Assembly: GCA_022827725.1 (NCBI GenBank)
Contig: JAJEIJ010000019.1
Coordinates: forward strand, 20,382-84,381
From: Acidimicrobiia bacterium
Lineage (GTDB): Bacteria; Actinomycetota; Acidimicrobiia; Acidimicrobiales; Bin134
Length of the DNA stretch: 64,000 nucleotides
Direction of reading: 5' to 3'
A program made the translations under genes and the position numbers. The notes below the pieces were generated by a model. That model saw only the letters and a list, made by a program, of their open reading frames with translations, did not search any database and was not told the DNA's origin. Positions 41,407 through 51,712 of the stretch are shown here, piece by piece. The stretch's first letter is position 1; every line of letters starts with the position of its first letter.

Positions 41407-42440
41407 ATGCCTACCCTGACGGGTAAACCAGCGGCCTGATACACCGCGTCGATCAGCTCCATGGTCTTGATCGACTCAGATGGCGGATACAGGTTGGGGC
41501 CGCCGTCCTCGACGCAAGCTCGAAAGGCCCGGAGCTGACAGGTATAGGTGGCTACTTGCTCAGCGGCCTCGTGGATGAGCACTTCACCGTGTCGGTCGGT
41601 CACCGTAAGCCCGCTGCCCCACATGGGCGCTAGCGGGTTGTCGATGAGGAGCCGCCCCTCGGTCCCGGTCACCACCACGTCGGCCTGGAACTCGAACTCA
41701 AACGCCTCAGGGTCGACAGCCTCAGGATCGCCCAATTCCGCCTTCTGATCGGTGCCGGTGAATGCCGAGGTGATGGCCGCGGTGGCATCGCTATCTAGGT
41801 AGCGCAGTTCTGCGGTCATGCGGACATCCACATCGGGGGCCATCTCCTCGGCCTCGGCCCGTACCACCTCGAGTTCGCCGAACGCCCGCAGATTGCTGAG
41901 GGCATAGGAGCCAGTGTCCATAAGGGCGCCGCCGGCCAGGTCGTAGCGGTAGCGGATGTCGTCGGGGCCGTGCATCGACGGGAACACCATGGCCACCTCC
42001 ACATGCCTAACCTCCCCCACCACTCCATCGGCGACTAGCTGAATGGCTCGCTCGGCCTGGGGGTGGAAGCGCCAGTGATAGGCCTCCATCACCACCAACC
42101 CGGTCCGCTCAGCGACATCGGCCACCTGGCGGGCCTCGTCGGCATTGGCGGTGAACGGCTTTTCCAGCAGCACCGGCTTGCCCGCTTCTAGTGCAGCGAT
42201 GGTCCAGCGGGCGTGGTGGGAGTTGGGCAGCGGGTTGTACACCGCGTCGATCTCCTCTGAGGCCAACAGATCGTCGTAGCTGTCGAACACCAGAGGAATG
42301 CCATGCTCGGTGGCATAAGCACGAGCCCGCTCCCGATCGCGGGCCGCCAACGCAACCACGTCCGCTCCGTCGACCTCTTTCGCCGGCTCGATGAGCCCCA
42401 TCGGCCCGATCCACGCCGCCCCCAACATGCCGATTCGCAT
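41403..42440 (-). CDS. Gfo/Idh/MocA-family oxidoreductase
   Basis: MRIGMLGAAWIG Rossmann N-terminus, DAVYNPLPNSHH, GKPVLLEKP. Confidence 0.85.
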   Translation of the reverse strand: MRIGMLGAAWIGPMGLIEPAKEVDGADVVALAARDRERARAYATEHGIPLVFDSYDDLLASEEIDAVYNPLPNSHHARWTIAALEAGKPVLLEKPFTANADEARQVADVAERTGLVVMEAYHWRFHPQAERAIQLVADGVVGEVRHVEVAMVFPSMHGPDDIRYRYDLAGGALMDTGSYALSNLRAFGELEVVRAEAEEMAPDVDVRMTAELRYLDSDATAAITSAFTGTDQKAELGDPEAVDPEAFEFEFQADVVVTGTEGRLLIDNPLAPMWGSGLTVTDRHGEVLIHEAAEQVATYTCQLRAFRACVEDGGPNLYPPSESIKTMELIDAVYQAAGLPVRVGI

Positions 42441-42453
42441 AACGGCAGGTTAG

Positions 42454-43215
42454 CTAGGCGGCAAATGCCGCCTTGAGATCAGAGGCCAACTCTGGGCGGC
42501 AGATGAGGATGCCCCATTGGGCTAGGTCGCGGCGGTTGTAGCACAGCGGAGATCCGTCAAGGTGGGAAACATGCAGCCCAGCGGCCAACGCGATGGCGGC
42601 CGGGGCACAGGTATCCCACTCGTAGAGCCCCCCGGCGTGAACCCAGGCGTCGGCCTCGCCGATCACCACGGCCATGGCCTTCACCCCTGCGGAACCCACG
42701 CCGTACACGTCGGCGTCCAAATGGCGGGCCAGGCGATGGCCGTCCCATCGCACCCGAGAGCGCGACATCACCACCAGCGGCCGCTTGCGGCCAGAATCAG
42801 CGGGAGGCCCCTCAGCGCTCATAGTGCTGAATGTGCGGTTCCAAGGAGGCACTGAAACTGCCCCGACTGCTGGTTCGCCGTTAACCGCCAGTCCCACGTG
42901 TACCGCCCAGGTATCGCTCCACTGATCGGCATAGTCGGAAGAGCCATCCAACGGGTCGACGATCCATACCCGCTCGGCGTCCAGTCGAGTGCCGTCGTCA
43001 CGGCCTTCTTCGGATAGCACGATGTCGTCGGGCCTGAACTGAGCCAACGCCCCGGTGAGGTAGCGATGGCTGAGCTGGTCCCCCGCCATCTCCCGGTGGA
43101 GGTAGCCAGCGCGGGATTCCTCCATCTCGTCTGAAAGGGCCTGGAGCTGTTCCCCTGCCTGCTGGGCCAACCAGTGAGCCAGCTCGTGGTCGCTCGGTTC
43201 CGGGGTGTCGCTCAC
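42454..43215 (-). CDS. inositol monophosphatase/CysQ-family phosphatase
   Basis: Trimmed to GTG 43215 (GTGA overlap with the upstream stop). SEEG, WIVDPLDGSSDY and YEWDTCAPAAI motifs. Confidence 0.8.
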   Translation of the reverse strand: MSDTPEPSDHELAHWLAQQAGEQLQALSDEMEESRAGYLHREMAGDQLSHRYLTGALAQFRPDDIVLSEEGRDDGTRLDAERVWIVDPLDGSSDYADQWSDTWAVHVGLAVNGEPAVGAVSVPPWNRTFSTMSAEGPPADSGRKRPLVVMSRSRVRWDGHRLARHLDADVYGVGSAGVKAMAVVIGEADAWVHAGGLYEWDTCAPAAIALAAGLHVSHLDGSPLCYNRRDLAQWGILICRPELASDLKAAFAA

Positions 43216-44243
43216 GGGGCCAGCACAATCGGCCGCCAATCGAGCACGGGCACCGGATCAGCACCGCTCCGTTCAGCCCGCACAATCACTGTGAAGGCCA
43301 GTAGACGGCCGTTGGCCACCGGCTCGGTCGCTTCGAGGGTGGCGGCCACGTCAACCACATCATCTTCGAACACCGGTCCGGTGTGATCGCACAGATGCCA
43401 GCCCACCACGGTGGCCGCGGTGGGCAGCAGACGGACCAACCCGGCCTGGGCCAGTCCCACGGTGTGCCCGCCGTACACCAGCCGCTTCCCTCCTTGCCCC
43501 AGGGACGCATCCCGGTGCGGCGGGGCCAGATTCTGGGTGAGCCGCACTAGCGCGGGGGCATCGGTCACCGTGTCTCGGAGCGGATCGCGCCGGGTTTCCC
43601 CGGTCGGCCACTCCTGGGGCTCTCCCAAAGGAGACAGATCCCAGCCAACAGGAGCGGCCTCCGCGAATGTGGCCATGTCGATCTCTTCGGGATTTCCTCC
43701 GAGATCGTCTTCGTGCCCTGTGGGGGCATCAGAGCGGCGGCGGACAAGGGCGCACCGTTCGAAGTCCAGCACTAGGCGACCCTGATCGTCGACCGTTTGC
43801 ATGCCGAGCAGCACCAACCCCCTAGGGGGCCGATCGGGGCGGGCCGAAGCCTCCCGCAGGCCCCGAACGGTCACCGTCGTGGTAAGTGTGTCTCCTACTC
43901 GCACCGTGCGGAGTTGCCGCACCCCTCGGTAGAACAGGTTGGCCACCACTTTGCGGGTGGCCACGGTGGACTGGCCGATGGCCACTTGCAACACCAGCGC
44001 GGGGTTGACCACTGAACCGGGCTCACCGGTAATGGCCTCGGCCAGCGGACGGCTCAGGCTGATGGCCAAGGGATCGCCGCAAATGGCCTGATAGACCGCG
44101 GCTTCACCCGGTCCGATGGTGATGGCCGGGGCAGGGTCGAGCCGCTGACCCACCTCAAAACCCTCGAACCAGGGACCGTCTCCTGCCGGTGCAACCACGC
44201 CCCGCAGTAAACCACGCCAGACGGTGACTTCCTGAACTGGCAT
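43212..44243 (-). CDS. MaoC-like (double hot-dog) dehydratase
   Basis: 343 aa with two hot-dog-like halves. The second half (LVYGGHTVGLAQAG...) is typical of MaoC dehydratases. Confidence 0.65.
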   Translation of the reverse strand: MPVQEVTVWRGLLRGVVAPAGDGPWFEGFEVGQRLDPAPAITIGPGEAAVYQAICGDPLAISLSRPLAEAITGEPGSVVNPALVLQVAIGQSTVATRKVVANLFYRGVRQLRTVRVGDTLTTTVTVRGLREASARPDRPPRGLVLLGMQTVDDQGRLVLDFERCALVRRRSDAPTGHEDDLGGNPEEIDMATFAEAAPVGWDLSPLGEPQEWPTGETRRDPLRDTVTDAPALVRLTQNLAPPHRDASLGQGGKRLVYGGHTVGLAQAGLVRLLPTAATVVGWHLCDHTGPVFEDDVVDVAATLEATEPVANGRLLAFTVIVRAERSGADPVPVLDWRPIVLAP

Positions 44244-44255
44244 TAGGGTCTGGCC

Positions 44256-45155
44256 ATGACAGCAGCTTCACCCGAGGAAGTCCCGGCCATCATCGAGGTG
44301 GCCATCAACGGAATCACCAGCCCCGAAATCAACCCCAACGTGCCCTTGAGCCCTGAGGCAATCGCCGCCGATGCCCTGGACTGCATCGAAAGGGGTGCGG
44401 CCATCATTCACACCCACAACCACGACATCAGCCTTACTGGCCGCGATGCCGCCGACCCCTACATCGAGGCTATGGCCCCGGTGCTAGCCGCCCGTCCTGA
44501 CGCCCTGTGGTACCCCACGCTCACCTCTGGGGACCATCAGGCCAAGTACGCCCACATGGCCATGATCTCCGAGGAACTGCCCCTGCGAATGGTGGCCGTG
44601 GACCCCGGCTCTACCAACATCGGCGGCGCCGGACCCGATGGCCTCCCGGTGGGCGGCACCTACAAGAACGACTACGCCGAAATCCGGGCCAGCTTCGACT
44701 TGTGCCGCGACAACGGCTGGGCCCCGGCAATGGCCATCTACGAGCTCGGCTTCCTGCAATGCGTGCTCACCTACCACCGCGTCGGCCAGTTGCCTGGGGG
44801 CTCGATGGCCAAGCTCTACTTCGGCGCCGAGTGGGGGCTCTCCCGCCGCTCCAAGGGGGTCACCTTCGGGCTGCCCCCTACCAAACACGCCCTGCTGGCC
44901 TATCTAGACATGCTGGAGGGCACCGACATCCCCTGGTCGGTGTCGGTATGGGGCGGCGACCTCATGGCCACCCCTGTGGCCCGGCTTGCCCTAGAGATGG
45001 GCGGCCACCTCCATGTGGGCATCGAGGAGTTCTACGACCCCGACCGCTCCCCCACCAATCAGGAGCTCTTGTCTGAAGCCGTGGCCCTGTGCAACGAGGC
45101 CGGCCGCCCTTTGGCCACCTGTGACGAGACAGCCGAAATGCTGGAGCTGCCCTAG
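44256..45155 (+). CDS. 3-keto-5-aminohexanoate cleavage enzyme family (BKACE/DUF849)
   Basis: IIEVAINGITS...LSPEAIAADALDCIERGAAIIHTHNHD is the DUF849 N-terminal signature. Confidence 0.8.
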   Translation: MTAASPEEVPAIIEVAINGITSPEINPNVPLSPEAIAADALDCIERGAAIIHTHNHDISLTGRDAADPYIEAMAPVLAARPDALWYPTLTSGDHQAKYAHMAMISEELPLRMVAVDPGSTNIGGAGPDGLPVGGTYKNDYAEIRASFDLCRDNGWAPAMAIYELGFLQCVLTYHRVGQLPGGSMAKLYFGAEWGLSRRSKGVTFGLPPTKHALLAYLDMLEGTDIPWSVSVWGGDLMATPVARLALEMGGHLHVGIEEFYDPDRSPTNQELLSEAVALCNEAGRPLATCDETAEMLELP

Positions 45156-45159
45156 CGGC

Positions 45160-45984
45160 CTAGACGCAAGGGTTGTCCATTGCGCCGAGACCCTCGATCT
45201 CGGAGCGGATCACATCCCCGGGCTTGAGGTAAACGCCTTGGGCATGGCCGACCCCTCCGGGGGTGCCGGTGAAGATGAGATCTCCGGGGTGCAAGGTGAG
45301 GATGGACGATAGATATGCCACCATCTCCGCTACCGGGCGCATGAGGAAGCTGGTGCGGCTGTTTTGGCGCAAGTCGCCGTTGACTTCGCAGGAGATGGCC
45401 AAATCGTCGGGGTTTTCCACCAAGTCGGGGCTCACCAGTGCAGGGCCGATGGGGCCAAACGACTCCCGTGACTTGCCCAGGGAGAACTGAGGCGGGGAGG
45501 CCGCGGTCTGCAAGGCCCGGTCGGAGATGTCCTGGCCGATCATCAGCCCGGCTACCCGGTCCCAGGCCTGAGCCTCGTCCACCTCGCGGGTCTCGGTGCC
45601 GATCACCGCAACCAGCTCGCATTCGTAGTCGCAGTGTTCGCCCACCAACTTCACCGGCGCGGCCGGCCCAACCAGGCAGGTGGGGAACTTGGTGAACACC
45701 ACCGGTTCCTCGCTGGCGGTCCGGCCCATGGGATCGACTCGATCGATCTCCTCGATATGGTCCCGGTAGTTGAGCCCGTAGCCGAACACCTGCTGTGGGT
45801 TGGGTACTGGGGGGCCTAGCTCGGCTGGGCTCAGCTGACCGTCGGGCAAGCCTCGGTTGGCCCAGAGGCGGTGGAGATCGTCGATGTCGGCTAGGGCGTC
45901 CATCGGATCGATGCCCATCGACCAGAAGTCGGCGCCGTCCAGCAACACCGCCTCTCCCGCCCGGTTTGCCAATCGATAGCTCAT
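45160..45984 (-). CDS. fumarylacetoacetate hydrolase (FAH) family protein
   Basis: YECELVAVIG, and LHPGDLIFTGTPGGVG near the C-terminus. Confidence 0.85.
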   Translation of the reverse strand: MSYRLANRAGEAVLLDGADFWSMGIDPMDALADIDDLHRLWANRGLPDGQLSPAELGPPVPNPQQVFGYGLNYRDHIEEIDRVDPMGRTASEEPVVFTKFPTCLVGPAAPVKLVGEHCDYECELVAVIGTETREVDEAQAWDRVAGLMIGQDISDRALQTAASPPQFSLGKSRESFGPIGPALVSPDLVENPDDLAISCEVNGDLRQNSRTSFLMRPVAEMVAYLSSILTLHPGDLIFTGTPGGVGHAQGVYLKPGDVIRSEIEGLGAMDNPCV

Positions 45985-46001
45985 CGCCAGTCCTTCGGGA
46001 G

Positions 46002-48008
46002 TTAGAGCGCGGCGGCTAGCTCGACCGCTGACTTCATGGCACCCTCCAGAAAACCGGGTTGAGCGCAGTCACCCACGGCATGGACTTCAGCTCCAGCAGA
46101 CCGCAACTCGTCGGCCAGCGACGTGTCTGGAGCTAGTTCCGAGGTCACAACCACCAGATCAGCGGGCGTCGTCTGCTCGTCACCGTTGGAGCGCCACACC
46201 ACCCCTTGGTCGGTGACTGCCACCACCTGTGCGCCGGTAACCAGGTTCACCCCTGCTTGGCCGAGGTCGTTGACAACCCGCCAGCGGCCAGGGAGCCCTA
46301 GAGAAAAGCCGAACGCCGGACCGGACTCGATGAGCGTTACCTCGGCCCCTTGGTGGTGGGCGGTCTCGGTCACCCCAATGCCGGGCAGGTCACCACCCAG
46401 CACAGCCACACGGGCGGCATCCAACGAAGCGCCGTCGAGAAGCCAAGGAGCCAAATCGTCCACCCCCCAAACCTGGGGGCCATCGATGCCGTCCACATCG
46501 GGACGGCCCCACCGGCCGCCCACTGCGACCACCACAGCATCGGGCGAGAGCGCGCTTGCAGCGGATGCGTCCAGACGGGTGTCGAGACGCACATCCACTC
46601 CGAGCTGATCCAGCTGGCGCTCGAACCACTCCATGAGCTCGGCGTTCACGTCGCTGGTGGCCGACGCCAGCGCCCAACGGCCCCCCAGCCGATCAGATGC
46701 GTCGGCCAGGATCACCTCATGGCCCCGCAGGGCGGCCACCCGGGCGGTCTCCATTCCCGAGGGCCCTCCGCCGATCACCAGCACCTTCTTGGCCGCCGTC
46801 GCGGCCTCGGCGGTGAGCTCGTCCTCCCTGCCCAAAAAGCCGTTGCCCGCGCACCGAGTTCCCACCCGCAAGAAGATGTTGCCGATGCAGCGGTAGTGGT
46901 AAACGCAGGGACGCACGTCTTCGGACTGACCCGCGGCCAGCTTGTTGGGCAGATCGGGGTCGGCCAGGATCTTGCGGCCCATGGCCACAAAGTCGTACTT
47001 GCCCTCGGCGATGTGCTGGTCGGCAGCTTCAGGGCTGATCCGTCCCACGGCAATGATCGGCACGTCCACCTCGGCTTTGACCGCGGCCGCGTTGGGCACC
47101 AGCAACTCGGGCACGTGAGGCCCATAGGAGTCGGTGGGCCCGGTGGCGATGCCCGGATCGTGGTAGGCCGACACGTGGATGGCGTCGGCCCCCGCCGCGG
47201 CTGCAACCCGGGCGTTGTACAGGGCGTCGTCTAGGACGATGCCGTCAATGCCCACCTCGGTGCTGTTAAGCCGCACCCACACCGGGTAGTCGTCGCCCAC
47301 CCGCCGGCGGATCTCAGTGAGGATCTCCTCCAGGAAACGAGCCCGGTTCTCTACCGGCCCGCCGTATTCGTCGTCTCGGGTGTTGATGGTGGGCGACAAG
47401 AAGGCGTCGATGAGATAACCATGGCCGCCGTGCAGTTCCACCGCGTCCACTCCGGCCTCTCGGGCCCGCACGGTGGCTGCCGCGAATTGGTCGATAACCG
47501 TGGCGATGTCGTCGTTGTCCATCACCCGGTAATGGGGGTTGGACGTGGGCGCCATGAAGGGCTCGGCCATCATGGCCCCTTCTTCGGCGGTGACCATCCC
47601 GTAGAGAGGGTCGACGGTCATCGGCCCCGGCTCTGACGGGACCCACATAGGGCGCCCGGCCATGGTGTCCTGAAGACCCATCTTGCCGGCGTGGGTGAGC
47701 TGCATGGCGATCTTGCCGCCATGATTGTGGACCCGATCGGCGGCCCGTCTCCACGATGGGATGAACCGGTCTTCGGAGATGGCGGTCTGGCGCTTGTTGG
47801 AACAGCCCACCGGATGGGCCACGCCCACCGAGCCCAGCATGACCACGGCCATCCCCCCTTTGGCCCGGGCCTCCAGGTACGCGGCCTGGTCGTCGGAAAC
47901 CTCTCCGTTCTCGTCGCCCAGCTCCTCGCCCATAGGGGCCATGATCAGCCGGTTGCGCAGTTCCAGAGCGCCAATGCGCCCCGGTGACAGCAGATGCTCG
48001 TAGCTCAT
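46002..48008 (-). CDS. NADH:flavin oxidoreductase (OYE TIM barrel) fused to FAD/NAD(P)-binding domain, 2,4-dienoyl-CoA reductase-like
   Basis: LRNRLIMAPM, HGGHGYLIDAFLSP, 4Fe-4S-like CVYHYRCIGN...C and VLVIGGGPSGME; 668 aa. Confidence 0.9.
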   Translation of the reverse strand: MSYEHLLSPGRIGALELRNRLIMAPMGEELGDENGEVSDDQAAYLEARAKGGMAVVMLGSVGVAHPVGCSNKRQTAISEDRFIPSWRRAADRVHNHGGKIAMQLTHAGKMGLQDTMAGRPMWVPSEPGPMTVDPLYGMVTAEEGAMMAEPFMAPTSNPHYRVMDNDDIATVIDQFAAATVRAREAGVDAVELHGGHGYLIDAFLSPTINTRDDEYGGPVENRARFLEEILTEIRRRVGDDYPVWVRLNSTEVGIDGIVLDDALYNARVAAAAGADAIHVSAYHDPGIATGPTDSYGPHVPELLVPNAAAVKAEVDVPIIAVGRISPEAADQHIAEGKYDFVAMGRKILADPDLPNKLAAGQSEDVRPCVYHYRCIGNIFLRVGTRCAGNGFLGREDELTAEAATAAKKVLVIGGGPSGMETARVAALRGHEVILADASDRLGGRWALASATSDVNAELMEWFERQLDQLGVDVRLDTRLDASAASALSPDAVVVAVGGRWGRPDVDGIDGPQVWGVDDLAPWLLDGASLDAARVAVLGGDLPGIGVTETAHHQGAEVTLIESGPAFGFSLGLPGRWRVVNDLGQAGVNLVTGAQVVAVTDQGVVWRSNGDEQTTPADLVVVTSELAPDTSLADELRSAGAEVHAVGDCAQPGFLEGAMKSAVELAAAL

Positions 48009-48042
48009 AGATGCTCCTAGCTCATTGATGCTCGTAGCTCAT
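47992..48042. repeat. 17-bp tandem repeat x3 containing the start codon of the OYE/FadH-like gene
   Basis: Minus strand: ATGAGCTACGAGCATCA / ATGAGCTAGGAGCATCT / ATGAGCTACGAGCATCT. The third copy is the real start (MSYEHL...). Confidence 0.9.
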
Positions 48043-48165
48043 GGCCCCATCATGGCCCATTGTTGGCAATCCGGTCAGAACCAAAGAGCCTCTGCGACTG
48101 TTGGCAACCGCCACCGGAGGGTTTATGACTGCTACCCGGCATCTCCCTAGCCGTAACCTGCCTGA

Positions 48166-49112
<947 letters not shown>

Positions 49113-49113
<1 letters not shown>

Positions 49114-49907
49114 TGGCCCGCGCCGCGGTAGTTCCCAGTACAAGGCTGGCGGTGGAGTACTGGCTATTGACTTATCGCCGCAACTGGAAGGGATCGATCC
49201 TCACCAGCTTCTTGAGCCCGGTTCTGTTCCTAGCGGCCATGGGCCTGGGCCTGGGTTCGCTGGTCGATGCCGAGATCGGTTCCGGTCGTGACTTGGGTGG
49301 GCTTGATTATCTGGACTTCCTGGCCCCTGGGCTTTTGGCCGGCAACGCCATGATGCTGGCGGTCAACGAGTCCACCTATCCGGTGCTGGGCGGCTTCAAG
49401 TGGTACCGCACCTATATGGCCATGGCCGCCTCCCCGCTGCGGGGCCGCGACATCCTGCTGGGCCACTTCGCCTATATGGCCTTCCGGGTGACGTTGGCCA
49501 GCTTCGTGTTCTTGGGGGTCATGGCCGCATTCGGGTCGGTGTCGTCGCCGCTGGCGGTGTTGGCCCCGTTCTGCGCCGCTCTGTGCGGCATGGCCTTTGC
49601 CACTCCCACCGCGGCCTTCGTCGCCACTCGGATCAACGCTGACAACTTCAGCACCTACACCCGATTCGTGATCATGCCCATGTTCTTGTTCTCTGGGATC
49701 TTCTATCCGGTATCCCAACTCCCCATCGTGCTCGAGCAGCTCGCCTGGCTCACTCCGGTGTGGCACGGGGTGAGGCTGTGCCGGGCGTTGAGCACCGGCA
49801 GCGGAGTGAATTGGGAGCTGGCCGGGCATCTGGCCTATCTGGTAGCGCTCATACTTGCTGGCACGCTGGTCGCCAGCCGGACCTTTACCAAGAGGCTGTA
49901 CGAATGA
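49113..49907 (+). CDS. ABC-2 type transporter permease
   Basis: Six-TM ABC-2 pattern. ATGA-type junction with the ATPase gene stop. Confidence 0.8.
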
Positions 49908-50731
49908 GCCTGGTTAGCCAGGGGCGTCGACCCAACCGGCTGGGATTGGCCGCAGCGGCGGGCTTGCTGCCGTCACGGCGATTCGCCCGCGTCGTGGAGC
50001 GCAACATCACCGTGTATCGGCGGACATGGGTCACGCTGCTATCCGGGTTCTTCGAGCCGGTCTTCTACCTGCTGTCCATCGGAATCGGAATCGGAGAGTT
50101 GGTAGGCGATGTGACCGTGGGAGGACGAACCGTCGACTACCGCACGTTCGTGGCCCCGGGGCTGCTGGCCACCTCGGCCATGAACGGCACCTTCTACGAC
50201 AGCACGATGAACATGTACTACAAGCTCACCTGGGCCAAGATCTACGACGCGGTGCTGGCCACCCCAGTGGGCGTGGTGGACCTGGCCCTCGGCGAGATGG
50301 GCTGGTCGGTGTTGCGGGCCACCCTCTACTCCGGCGGATTCCTGGGCATCATGGCCGGCTTAGGTCTGGTGGACTCCGTGTGGGCCATCGCCGCATTGCC
50401 GGGGGCAACCCTGATCGGCTTCACCTTCGCTGCTCTGGGCATGGCCGCCACCAGCTACATGCGAAGCTGGAACGACCTTGACCTCGTCACCGTGCCCCTC
50501 ATCGTCCAGTTCCTGTTCTCAGCTACGTTCTTCCCGCTCGACACCTACCCACGCGCCGTGCAGTTCCTGGTGCAAGCCACCCCCCTCTATCACGGCGTGG
50601 CCATGGAGCGAGCCTTCATCGCCGGCGACATCAGCCTCGACATACTCACCCACATCGCCTATTTGCTGGCCCTAGCCGCCGCCGGCGCTTTCATAGCCAG
50701 CCGCCGTCTCGGCCAGCTGCTCACACCGTGA
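49904..50731 (+). CDS. ABC-2 type transporter permease (second subunit)
   Basis: Trimmed to ATG 49904 (ATGA overlap with the upstream stop). Paralogous to the preceding permease. Confidence 0.8.
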   Translation: MSLVSQGRRPNRLGLAAAAGLLPSRRFARVVERNITVYRRTWVTLLSGFFEPVFYLLSIGIGIGELVGDVTVGGRTVDYRTFVAPGLLATSAMNGTFYDSTMNMYYKLTWAKIYDAVLATPVGVVDLALGEMGWSVLRATLYSGGFLGIMAGLGLVDSVWAIAALPGATLIGFTFAALGMAATSYMRSWNDLDLVTVPLIVQFLFSATFFPLDTYPRAVQFLVQATPLYHGVAMERAFIAGDISLDILTHIAYLLALAAAGAFIASRRLGQLLTP

Positions 50732-50777
50732 GCAACTTACTTGTCAATTCGCATTGAGCAGATCAGAATTATGACCA

Positions 50778-51047
50778 ATGGAGTCGATACTGCCGTTTTC
50801 TGAAGTCAAGAGTCACCTATCGGAACTTGCCGACCGAGTCGAGCAGGAGCGCGACCGGATCATGGTGACCCGCAACGGGCGCCCTTCATTCATGCTGGTC
50901 AACTGCGACTATCTCGAATCCTTGGAAGAGACCTTGGACATCATGAGGGATCCCGAACTGGTGGCCTCGCTCCGCAAGTCCCGAGCCGAAGCCGAGGCAG
51001 GCCAGCGAATGCACCTGCGCGACCACCTCAGGGACACCAGTGCATGA
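50778..51047 (+). CDS. Phd/YefM-family antitoxin
   Basis: LPFSEVKSHLSELADRVEQERDRIMVTRNGRPSFMLV...LEETLDI is a classic Phd/YefM fold sequence. Locally low GC. Confidence 0.85.
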   Translation: MESILPFSEVKSHLSELADRVEQERDRIMVTRNGRPSFMLVNCDYLESLEETLDIMRDPELVASLRKSRAEAEAGQRMHLRDHLRDTSA

Positions 51048-51303
51048 AGTCGACATCACTCCAGAGGGACACAGAGATTTAGGTCGTCTACCAGACAAGG
51101 TGTACTGGGCGGCCATGGAGGCCATTTTCGGTCTGATAGCCGAGAACCCGCGCCAAGCGGGAAAGCCTCTGCTCTGGGACTTCGAAGGCCTCTTCTCTGC
51201 CCGCCGAGGCGATTATCGAATCATCTACGAGGTCCTCGACTCTGAGAACACCGTCCTCATCCACCGCGTCGACCACCGCCGCAGCGTCTATCGGCCGCTC
51301 TGA
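51040..51303 (+). CDS. RelE/ParE-family toxin
   Basis: 8-nt overlap with the antitoxin. SARRGDYRIIYEVLDSENTVLIHRVDHRRSVY is a typical RelE/ParE C-terminus. Confidence 0.85.
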   Translation: MHEVDITPEGHRDLGRLPDKVYWAAMEAIFGLIAENPRQAGKPLLWDFEGLFSARRGDYRIIYEVLDSENTVLIHRVDHRRSVYRPL

Positions 51304-51337
51304 CACCCGAGCGGGTTTAGGACCAGAGCAGTCCCCT

Positions 51338-51694
51338 CTAGCTGGGCTGGCGGATGATGGTTCCGGGCTCTACGCCGGAGTCAGGGCCGATGCCGTCGAG
51401 TTTGAGGGCCATGAGCATATGGAACTCGTCCTCGTTCTGCACGGTGTGGTCGATGGAGGCAACCGATGTGGAGACTGCCTGATCGCCCACGTCAACCACA
51501 AGGGCGTCGCCCACTTGGACTCGGCCAGCGGTGGCCCTGCCGATCACGAAGAACTCGTCGGCTGACATGGCCTCGGTGCGCACCACCTCAAGTTGGAACA
51601 ACTCTTTGCTGCGGCGCCACCGCTTGAAGAACGTCCGCCAGTTGCGGGGCTGGTCGTCCCACTCCCCTTCCACGATGCCCGGCGAGTTGCTCAC
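51338..51694 (-). CDS. hypothetical protein (C-terminal EF-Tu domain-2-like beta-barrel pattern)
   Basis: FFVIGRATAGRVQVGDALVVDVGD resembles the translation-factor domain II barrel. Start (GTG 51694, or ATG 51568) is uncertain; the upstream track extension overlaps the divergent gene. Confidence 0.35.
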   Translation of the reverse strand: MSNSPGIVEGEWDDQPRNWRTFFKRWRRSKELFQLEVVRTEAMSADEFFVIGRATAGRVQVGDALVVDVGDQAVSTSVASIDHTVQNEDEFHMLMALKLDGIGPDSGVEPGTIIRQPS

Positions 51695-51712
51695 AATTGG
51701 CAAACTAGTGGA

